Source: Chrysochromulina tobinii (lineage: Eukaryota). From it: a stretch of 36,628 nucleotides of DNA. Shown here one piece after another: positions 20,431 through 29,800 of the stretch (its first letter is position 1; each line of letters opens with the position of its first letter). The notes under the pieces are model-generated. The model ran no database searches, was not told the DNA's origin, and worked only from the letters and a program-made list of their open reading frames with translations. The translations under genes and the position numbers were made by a program. The stretch covers positions 1-36,628 of the forward strand of contig JWZX01003207.1 of the NCBI GenBank assembly GCA_001275005.1. Direction: 5' to 3'.

Positions 20431-22599
20431 GGAAAGTTTGCTTTTGGTGACCGGACCATACCTATACACGCACGCACCCGAGGGTTCAGCGTACCTCCCC
20501 AAGAGATGGACGTGTACTACGGTACAGAACTGTCTGCTGTGGTGCACACCTAACTAGACCCCCCTTAGAGAGAACCCACACCTCGAACCCCGCTTTCCCG
20601 ACGGGGGGTGGGTTGGGAGGTTTCGTTTTTTTTGCTGGTGTGTTGGACGTCGTGGCCACCCCTTTATGGGGGGTGGTCCCACTCTCTCCCTGTGGGGGAG
20701 GGTGGTGACGTGGGTGATGGGGTCTTGTGTGTGGGTGGTGGGTATGGAGGGGGGTTTTGTTTTAATTGGGTTTTTAATGACGGGTTCGTATTGGTGAGGG
20801 AGTGGTGTTTTAGTGTGCTGGGGGGTGGTTGCCTGGTGCGGGTGGGTGGGCGTAGTGGAGGGTGACTGCTGCTTCTTGGATGTCGAGCGCTTTCTGGAAG
20901 GTTGCGGTGAGTTTGAATTTGTAGTCGAGCTCGTTGATGGTGACGAGGGCAGCGAAACGCTTGCGAGCTTCTTCGGGGGGGGTCTTGAGCTTTTTCGAAG
21001 TGAAGCGCCTTTTGATGTAGAGGAGTCGAATCGTGTAGGCGTAACGGAGGACGGCGGAGCGGAAGCTCAGGAGGGTTTCGTGGAAGACGAGGGTGGGGGT
21101 GAAGGGTTTGTTGGTGAGGTCGATTTGTGAGAAGGCGTCGTAGAAGCAGCCGAAGGCGTGGCGTATGAAAGCGCAGGTTGGTTCAGAGAGGAGTTCGTTT
21201 TGGGATCTCATGTTGAATATGATGGCGGTGGTTGGGTAGGGGATGTATGGTTCGCCGAGTACGGTGGTGATGAATTTAAATACGAGGTTCCAGTACGGTT
21301 TGAGTTTATGACACTGAACGATGTGTAATTGGCTCTCGATGTGGGTGCACCCGTGCATCCTGCACAGGACTGTTTTAGTTGGGTCGCGCTGGCGGTTATG
21401 GACGAAAATGCCGCGGTGGAGTAGTTTTCGCCAGTGTTTTTCTTCCGAGGCGTCGGAGATGGGTGTGCCGAGGGATTCCCAGACGAGTGGCCATGGGACG
21501 GTGATGTGGGGGAGGCGGTGTTCGGTGGGGTCGGTGGAGGCCCATCCTTTTTCGCAGTTCGGTCGTGTGTTTTGGATGTGTGGTTCGGTGTAGTGCTGCG
21601 TGATGATGGGGATGGTTAGGTGGGTGAGGTTTGTGATGGTCTTGGACGGCTGTACCGTGGTCCATCCGTCGGGGCTGGGGAAGGTGGTGGTAGCGGGGCC
21701 GGCGATCTGGAGGTAGTGGGCGGGGTTGATGTCTTCTCCTTCATCGCTGTCGTTTTCATCTCGTTGTTGGACTGTGCGCCATGTGATTGCTTGCGTGATT
21801 TGGGCGTGGGTGAGGGCGGCTTGGCCGAGGGTGCGGCCCGTGTCGTGGGGGGCATTTCGGGAGTCGAGCCATTGGACGTGGTAGGTTTTGTTACCGCGTG
21901 GGTCGATTTTAAGTAATGCTATCTGGGTGTTGCGGTTGGTCCATTCGATGTGGAGATAGTCCCCTGATTTAGGTTGGTCTCTGCTGATCGCGGCTTGGAC
22001 TATGGCTGGTGTTATTTCGGCTTTGATGGCTGGCCATGTGCTCATGAGGTCGTCGGAAAAGGTTCGGGCGGCTGCTCCTTTGAGGTAGCGTGGGGCGTGG
22101 GTGTAGGTGTATTCGTCCATTTCGTCGTCGGTGAAGATGCGCGCGTGTGCGCCGTCGATGACGTCATAGATTCTTTGGAGACCGATGAATTTCATCCATC
22201 GTTTGGCGACGTCTTCATCGATGTCGATGGAGAAGCGCCAGTTGTCGAAAATGGGTTCGCTCTGGACGGTGTGCGTGAGTTTTGTGGTTTCTTGTTTGAG
22301 TTGGAGACTGTAGAAGGTTTTTAGGCATCGACGGAGGTACCGGGCTCTTACTGGTACGTTCCCTAGGTATGGGTTACCTTTCGCGAGGATTGCGCCGCGG
22401 CCGTAGCATGTGTCGGTGAGCCAGAGGTCGGCGACCTGTTTCCAGGGTTGGTTTCCGGGCTCGATGTATCGGCGGATCCACTGTGTGTAGTATGCGAGGG
22501 CGTGGGAGCGAAAGTGCATGACGCCTCCGCCGCCTTGTTTCTGTGGGAGGTAGGAGGCTGCTTTGTGTATGTATGCGCGTGCGTTGGCTGACGTGCCGT
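20431..22599 (-). mobile_element. 5'-truncated non-LTR retrotransposon (L1/Tx1-like) with a 14-bp TSD
   Basis: TGATACGACGGATA occurs at 20417-20430 and 22600-22613. The interior has a strong A/C bias on the coding strand, unlike the host genes. Confidence 0.9.
20810..22599 (-). pseudogene. LINE ORF2 C-terminal fragment (end of RT thumb plus zf-RVT)
   Basis: YLPQKQGGGG...WIRRY marks the RT C-terminus. WRKLLHRGIFV...CRMHGCTHIESQLHIVQC..LKPYW is a CCHC zf-RVT. The frame is uninterrupted but lacks the RT core and endonuclease. Confidence 0.88.
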
Positions 22600-22923
22600 T
22601 GATACGACGGATACGCAGATGTGTACGCGTAGTCACGGTATGATTGAGAAGGTTTTAGGATTTAGCTCGTAAGCACATAGCACTCGTCTGAATAACTACA
22701 GGTCGATAAGCGCGGAGCCGCGGACCGCGCGGTAGCGAGGTTTGATGCGGGGGCGCGGTGAGTTCTCAAACGCGGCCTTTTAGTTTTAATTAGATAGCCT
22801 TTCGTATAGAGGTACGGAGTCCGCGCGCCTCAGAGACAAACGGACAAAATATCTTCGAAAGATCTGAATCAAAGGAACCCCGAGCGGCTTCCCTGAGCTG
22901 TCCGGCGCGGCGGCGCACGATCC

Positions 22924-24060
22924 CTATCGTCTCACGACGAGATTGCGCACGTCGCATGGGAGCTGCGTGTACAACTCTTGCGCAGCAGCCCCGTCCGCCA
23001 GACGCAGCGCGGCCTCAGAGCGCGCCAGGGCTTTGCTGCCTCCAGCTGCGGACATGGTGATTCCACAGGTCACATCGTCGGAATGCTCCGCTGCTCTCTT
23101 ACCTCGGCCGCCCTGCTCATCCTCTGCTTCATCCCCGCTGTCCTCGACCTCGGCAAAGTAGCGAGTGTCCAAGGGTCCACCGGCCAGGCGCGGCACAAAT
23201 GGTGGCTTGACCGCCTTTAGTAGCATCTCCTTTTTGCTGAGCGCGGGCACTGTGTGGGTCGGTGGCATAGAATTTGCAAAGAAGTCGTAGTTCCATACCT
23301 CGGCGGCCGACGGGCGGCGTGCGGCGGCGTGTGAAAGGCACGCTGAGAGAAACTCCTTGGCCGGCGTCGAAAAGGTGAAGTGATTGGCCGGGAAGAAGAG
23401 CGGCTCATTTAGGACGCGCTGATAAAGTTCTGGGGGTGCCCCGCCGTGCGGATGACTTGCGAGCAGCATGACGTAAAGGCTCGTGCCAAGGGACCAAATG
23501 TCGCTCCGGGCATCCTGGCCCTCGCCCAAGAATCCTTCAGGAGCCAGATACTCAGGTGTGCCCAGCAGCGTGGCAGCACGCGCGCCTCGAGGCAGCTCAC
23601 GAGCGTAGCCCAGGTCTGCCAGCTTAGCGTAGCCATCTGCCGCAATCACCATATTCTCCGGCTTCACGTCGCGATGGATGACGGAGTGGTCGTGAAGAGC
23701 CTCGAGCGCCAGGGCAGCGCAGCCAATGTAGAAGCGAGCAGCATGCGGGCTGAGAGCTCCCTCTCGGTCGATGAGACGGCCGACATCGCCTCCGGGACAA
23801 TAGTCGAGCATCATGTAAACTTCGCCCGGAGCGTTGAACCAGCCAGCGGCCGTCACGACGAACGCCCCGAAATTGCGCGCGGAAAGTGTCACCTCTCTTG
23901 CGACCAGTTCCGCTGTGGAGGCGTCAGTCACTCGGATGGCTTTGAGCACCACTGGCGCTTCGGTTTGCTCGTCGCCGTTTAAGCGGCAAAGGATGATGCG
24001 GCTGCGGGTCGAGTTCTCCAACAACTGCACGGGTTGCATGACACCTTGTTGTGCGCCCAT
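22924..24060 (-). CDS. AGC-family Ser/Thr protein kinase (PKA/PKG-like)
   Basis: VVLK, DYCPGGD, HRDVKPEN, KLADLGYA, GTPEYLAPE, DIWSLG and the AGC tail KPPFVP...DTRYF are present. The probable start is MGAQQG at 24060. Confidence 0.93.
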   Translation of the reverse strand: MGAQQGVMQPVQLLENSTRSRIILCRLNGDEQTEAPVVLKAIRVTDASTAELVAREVTLSARNFGAFVVTAAGWFNAPGEVYMMLDYCPGGDVGRLIDREGALSPHAARFYIGCAALALEALHDHSVIHRDVKPENMVIAADGYAKLADLGYARELPRGARAATLLGTPEYLAPEGFLGEGQDARSDIWSLGTSLYVMLLASHPHGGAPPELYQRVLNEPLFFPANHFTFSTPAKEFLSACLSHAAARRPSAAEVWNYDFFANSMPPTHTVPALSKKEMLLKAVKPPFVPRLAGGPLDTRYFAEVEDSGDEAEDEQGGRGKRAAEHSDDVTCGITMSAAGGSKALARSEAALRLADGAAAQELYTQLPCDVRNLVVRR

Positions 24061-24405
24061 CAAAACTGGATTCGATTCACGCTTCGACGCGCACCCGCCC
24101 GCGTCCGCCGACGTCCGCCCGTCCGCCCGCGTGACGCGGCGAACTTGGACTTCGGAAAATACCACGAGGGAGCCGGGCAGACCATCGTGCTAGTGATCGT
24201 GCTGTCGGTACAGTACAGTACATGTATCCGGATTACATGATCTAATATAATCAGCATGAAATAGCATCTATCGGCGGCCGGTTACCTGTGCGTAGTCAGT
24301 AATGACCGGACATCGTTGACAAAGTTTGGGGATTGGGCGGAAGACGGCGCGCTACACACGCGGAGCGTTTAGAGGGGCCGCGTCAGCCCGTCAGCCCGTC
24401 ACAGC

Positions 24406-26769
24406 TCACTGGGGCTCGCAATTTGCGCGCAGGAGAAAACTTTGGATGCGCTTGAGCTCGTCGAGGGCGTCGAGCACGAGGGGCGCGGCCGGCGACGACG
24501 ACGGCGACCTCAGTTTCCGTCTCGACGTGGTCGGCGTGGTCGGCGTGGTCGGCGTGGTCGGCGTGGCAAGCGCATCGACATCACCAAGAGTGCGTGCCAA
24601 CTTGCCAAGTTCGTTCTCGGCAGCCAGCGCGACAGTCCGAGCCATAGCGCTCTCAACTGCAGCCGAAGCCGTGGCTCCGCCCTGCCACCCCGCGGTGGCG
24701 ACGAGAGGAGGTGAGACCTGTAGGTAGCGTGTGATGCGCTGAAGCTCGCCCCGCACGCGCTCGCCCTCTAGCGCGCGCTGCTGTGCATGGCCCGCGCGCT
24801 GCTCGGGGGCCGCCGCCGCCCAGCGATGGAACTGGCGTGCAAGGGAGACGTAGCTCTCCGCACCGACTGGGCGCGAGGAGCGCACGGTGCACGCCCGGCC
24901 ATCGGGATACAGCAGCTCGCAAAGCATATCGGGTGTCTCAGTCGAGGGCGAAGGGGCGGTGGGCCCAGCTGGCCGCATGGTGAGCACGACGCCATCGGCA
25001 AAGAGGGCCGAGACGCGCCCATCGCCAAAGAGGCGAAAGCGACCCGCGCCTTCGTGCTCGACCTCCTCGAGCAATGCAGCCGGGTCGGCGCTTCGCGCCG
25101 CGGAGGCGGGCGCGGATGGTGCACCTGGAGCACGGCGAGCTGCGTCGTCGCCGCAGCTGCGATACGCCGGCCACTCGCGTGCCTTGCGTGCAAGCGCCTC
25201 GCCTATGGCCGTCAGGTCGCAAAGCCGCGCGGGGGGCCCAATCGTTCCCACCATGCCGCAGCGCTGCCGCGGTGGGACGGCGCCCACCGCGTAAACGGCC
25301 TCGCCGGTGCCACAGCCGGTGGCTTCGTCGTCCGTAGAGGTGGCATCAAAGGCGTCTGCGCCCCTGCCCGGCGCGTACGAGCGGCGGCAGCTCCAGAAGC
25401 GCTCATTCTCGGCGAGGCGCAGGAGGCGCCCGTCGCCGAGGATCGTGAGAGTGACCGGTGGCAGCGGCGATAGGTGCGCCGTAAGCAAGGGTGGTGCCGG
25501 CGATGGGCGGATTCGGAACAGAGCGTGCTGCGTGAGTAGCAGCCGCGCACCCTCGGCGGGCACATCGGCGCTTAGCGGGCGGACGAGGACGAGAGCCTGC
25601 GCGGCGCTCAGGCTCATGCGCAGCCGCCACTCGCTCTCATCACTCGTCGCTGGCCCAGCAGCGGGCAGGAACGTACGCACGATACCGCTCATGGCCGGCG
25701 CCGCGGGCTCGTCGAAGGCTCGTGCGCCCTCGCGAGCGAGGATGAGTCGCTGGAGGGCCTTAGGAAGCGGCGCAGTGGTGCCCGGCACGCTCTGTGGCGC
25801 TCGAGCGCGGCGGTCACTGACGGTACGTGCCAGAGGCTCGCATGCGACCGCGGAGCCTGCGCGCGGCAGCAGCAGCAGCAGCTCGGCCTCGCTCACCCAA
25901 CCATCCGAAGGCTGGTCCTCGGTCTGGTCGACTGGGGTGCACGTCGAGGTGCGGCCCGCAGCGGCAGTGCGCGCCAGGCAAAGCGGATGCCGCCACTCCG
26001 GGGGAGCATCGGCTTCGGCGCTGTGTAGCTGCACGTAGAAGACGTAACGTTGCAGGTCAGCGGGCGACGGGCGGAGCGGAAGGACGAGCGACACCGCAGG
26101 TGCTGCCTTGGATGACTTGGACTCGGTCGATGCCACCGTCGCCGCCGCTGCAGCTTCCAGAGTGGTGAGGGGCAGGTCGGCGACCCGGCCAACACACACC
26201 GGGAAGCACACGGCGAAGCGCATGCCATCAGGATGAAGTAACAGCCACGCGCGACGGTCTAGGCTGAGCACGCGGATGGCACCATCGGCGTGGCAGAAGC
26301 TATGTTGCGGCGAGGGCGATGCCTCCCAAGGCAGCGCATCGAGTTTGGCGGCGAGGTCAAAGTGGCGGAACGGCGCCGGCATGAGGTTTGCGAGCAGAGG
26401 CCAGAAGAGGCGTGGCGGCGCGTTCGAGAGCACGTTGCGCGCGTGCAACGCCGCTGCCAGTCGCGGGCGCACAGCTGAGGGTGCGCACGCACACAAGCCG
26501 CGCGCCATCTGCGTGCCTTCGGCTGATAGCACCGCGTAAGAGCCCGCAACTTCATTGAGGAGGAGCGCCGAAGTGTCGCTGAAGGAGGCGATCGCCTCGC
26601 CCGTCGGAAGAAGAACGAATCGTAGGAGCACAGCCCCGGCCGCTGGCGAAGAAAGCGCGTTCGTGTCCATCAGAAATTGCGGCCTCGACCAAAAGGCGGG
26701 AATGATGAGTTGCGGCAACCTGTTTGAAAGCTCAGAACTTCGCTCTACCGGGAAAACGCTCGCATTCAT
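24406..26769 (-). CDS. C5orf34-like protein (DUF4524 N-terminal and DUF4520 C-terminal)
   Basis: FSDTSALLL...AALHARN, DGAIRVLSLDRRAWLLL...FAVCF and GRFRLFGDGRVSALFADG...LLYPDG...YVS resemble human C5orf34 as recalled. The start may be 26670. Confidence 0.72.
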   Translation of the reverse strand: MNASVFPVERSSELSNRLPQLIIPAFWSRPQFLMDTNALSSPAAGAVLLRFVLLPTGEAIASFSDTSALLLNEVAGSYAVLSAEGTQMARGLCACAPSAVRPRLAAALHARNVLSNAPPRLFWPLLANLMPAPFRHFDLAAKLDALPWEASPSPQHSFCHADGAIRVLSLDRRAWLLLHPDGMRFAVCFPVCVGRVADLPLTTLEAAAAATVASTESKSSKAAPAVSLVLPLRPSPADLQRYVFYVQLHSAEADAPPEWRHPLCLARTAAAGRTSTCTPVDQTEDQPSDGWVSEAELLLLLPRAGSAVACEPLARTVSDRRARAPQSVPGTTAPLPKALQRLILAREGARAFDEPAAPAMSGIVRTFLPAAGPATSDESEWRLRMSLSAAQALVLVRPLSADVPAEGARLLLTQHALFRIRPSPAPPLLTAHLSPLPPVTLTILGDGRLLRLAENERFWSCRRSYAPGRGADAFDATSTDDEATGCGTGEAVYAVGAVPPRQRCGMVGTIGPPARLCDLTAIGEALARKAREWPAYRSCGDDAARRAPGAPSAPASAARSADPAALLEEVEHEGAGRFRLFGDGRVSALFADGVVLTMRPAGPTAPSPSTETPDMLCELLYPDGRACTVRSSRPVGAESYVSLARQFHRWAAAAPEQRAGHAQQRALEGERVRGELQRITRYLQVSPPLVATAGWQGGATASAAVESAMARTVALAAENELGKLARTLGDVDALATPTTPTTPTTPTTSRRKLRSPSSSPAAPLVLDALDELKRIQSFLLRANCEPQ
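24526..24566. repeat. 9-bp tandem repeat (GTCGGCGTG)n encoding PTT repeats
   Basis: About four copies are visible. Confidence 0.85.
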
Positions 26770-26825
26770 TGAGTCTGTAAGGACGATGTATCGCGTCCCA
26801 AACTTTATGAACCCGCAAAAATAGC

Positions 26826-29800
26826 ATGCTGGCGCGAATCGCGTTCATCCTCCTGTTGCCGGCGCACGGTTCCGCGCAGAACGTTCTGCAGTATTGGATA
26901 AGCCTTCGCGACAGCTCACTGCAGTCTTCGGGCCTTCCGCCCTACTGGGCACTTCTCGGCGATGACATCACCCGCTCGTCACGGCTGAAAAGGGTGCCCG
27001 GCTCGACGTTCGAGCGGGATGTGCAGGCGCTCATCAAGTTCTTCAACGTTACGTGCACAGAGTCGCAGGAAGACCCGACCGACGCGGCCAACCCCTACCG
27101 TGGCGCCTTTGCGCAAGTGAGCCAGTGGCGCCAGCAGCAGGGATGGAGCTCAATCGTCAGCGCGCATGCAGACGTGGCCGTTCAGTGTCGACGGCTCAAC
27201 ATGGAGGGTGGCGAGGAGTTCACGGCAAAGCACTGCTTCTGGAACATCCAGTCGCTCGCCAACCGGACCGTGTACCCCTCGCCTCAGTGGACCATTGTTG
27301 AGGACTGCTGCGAGCGGCTACAGCGGCCGGTGATGCATGTGCACGATGCAGTTTGGGCGACCACGCGCGGCGTCGGCCGGTTCCGGCGTAGGGCACCCGG
27401 CGTCACCACCGGTGCTGCGGCCACATACGCGCCAGCCGACGACGACGCATATGTGCCCGCCCTTGACTGCGATTTGCAGATCAACGAGGAGGATCCGATT
27501 TGCCAGCCGCAGAACCTGTACAATCGGAACAGCCAGCGGTGCACGCAGGATAACGTCGAACAATGTCGGACGAGGACTCCCGTGTCACGCCGAGGTATCG
27601 ATAACAACTGTTGCCCGGTTGCAAAGCCCATCGGTCTGCGCTCGAAGCACTACTTCAACGTGGGCCTCGCTGTGGGCGCAAAGGGCACCATCGTACGCAC
27701 GATGGACGGCGGCTATAGCTGGGACTGCCTGCGCGGCTGCACACGCACCGCAGGCCAGCCCGACGCGCCCGACCTGCTCTCCATCTCGGTCAACGTGCGC
27801 ATGGGTGGGTTCGGCTACGAGAACTCGTACTACAACGCCCAGGCTGGACCGAACATGGACGGCGTCGACTTCACGTTGCTCAATTTGCAGGGAAGTAACA
27901 TCGGCGTGGGCCTCGACGGTGTATACTGGCCTGCCGAGACTCGCATGGAGGGCTATGCTGTCGGGGTGAACGGTGTTATCCTGCGAATCGATGACGCTGG
28001 CGTGACCGGCTGGGACCCATCGGACATCGCCAACAACGACCAAACAGTGGGAGCGGCGACCATCGTGCAAGTCACCGCCTCCAATTCGGCCACCGACGCC
28101 GGCTGCGTGACCACCAAAACGATCCGAGACGTCTTCTTCTGGAACGTGCACCTGTCCTTCTTCGTCGGCGACCGAGGCTTCATCTGCCGGTACGGTCTCG
28201 CCATTCAGCCGAACACCGCCACGCAGGCCAACTCGGCGGTGGGCCCCGGCCTGAATGTGGACGACGTTCTCGATCCGAACACGCCACTTGAGCCCACATG
28301 GGACCTAGAGGGTGCCGACGAGCAGGACCTTAGCTGGGGGCGCATCGTCGACAACAGCGACTACATGTTCTCCAACTTCCGCTCTGTCTTCTGTCTGCAA
28401 GTGGCCGACCTGAGCCCCTTGAACTGGGTGCGGACAGTGATGACCGAGGCCACGATGATCACCTACTCGCAGCACCTGACGTGCTTCGCCGTGGGCACCC
28501 ACCCGGGTACGGCAGGCACGACGAGCGCGATCCTACGCTACAGGAGCCGGGCCGTGTTTCTCGGTATAGACGACACCGGCAAACCCCTCTTCAGCGAGGA
28601 CATCAGTTGGAAGCCGCAGAACTCGATGACCACCATGCCCCTCAACGACGTCTACTGCGTCAAGTCACGCGTGCTGCGAACTAATGCGCAGACGCCGAAT
28701 TTCGGGGCGAATGACCCACTCTACTGCTACGCTGTCGGCGACGGTGGCCTGATTCGCTACACGGCCAACGGCGGCGATTCGCCGTGGCGCACCCTGTTCT
28801 CCGGCGTGCTCGAGAATTTGAATAAGGTCGTCATCATCGGTGTGACGTTCGATGAACAGGGCTACGGCACTGGCGGCGTGAATGCTGGCAGCCAAGCTGT
28901 TGTCGTGGGCGATAATGGCCGTGTGCTGTACACCAACGACGCCGGCAATACGTGGCAAGAGCTTGAGCGCGTGACTCCCGAGCATCTCATCTCCGTCCAA
29001 TTCAATGCCTTTGACGACTATTACTACTTCACGGGCGGACTCGAGTTCGCGGCCGAGTCCGTCTACTTCGAGGATGGAGGCGAGATGAGGATGCCTTTTG
29101 GCAACGGCATCGCCACAGGTGCCGTCATGTATGATTGGATGGCATATACCGGCCAGTGCGGCTTCGGCTCGCCAAACGACGGCCAGGCATGCACGCGCTC
29201 GTACAACTGCCGCAAGCCCGAGCTGTCCGTCGTGCTGCGCACAAACTGTGGCGGCACGCTCACGTCGACGCATTGGCGATGCCAAAGCGAGTGTGTCGAC
29301 GCGGGAGCGACCGTGGCGGTCGCGCTTGAGGATACGCTCGCTACCGTCGCGGTTTGGAACCGTTACTTCGGCACCACCACTTCAATGCAGCAGGGCGTCG
29401 CGGTGACCACCCCCAAACTCCCCAGGGCGCGTTTCACGGAGCTCTATGCCCGCGTCCCCAAGTGTGACGAGGTCTGGACGATCGGGCATGGGCGGGCGTG
29501 GCACGAAGACACTCGCGAGACGAAGCGATCAGAGCAGGCCCCGGTCACTCCAGATTGTCTATACGTAGACTTTGAGGACGTCAAGGCCATTCGCCCAGCG
29601 CATGAGATGTGCATGTACGGCTGGCCACGACACAAGTACATGCTGGACCAGGGGCGGCGTAGGAAGGTTCTGAACAACGTCACCTCGCGGGCCGCCACTC
29701 GGGCGGAGTACACGTTCCTTGGGCGACTGCGGCACTCGCAGGAGAATTGCACCGCGCTCGGCGGCCGCTATTACGAGGCCGAGCTCCACCACCTCGAGGA

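Noticed and set aside
20431..20620. Hammerhead ribozyme at the LINE end
   Set aside because: No CUGANGA/GAAA core was found on either strand.
22600..22636. N-terminus of ORF 20810..22636 as a real gene start
   Set aside because: It lies in and beyond the TSD, so it is chance read-through from flanking DNA into a truncated LINE.
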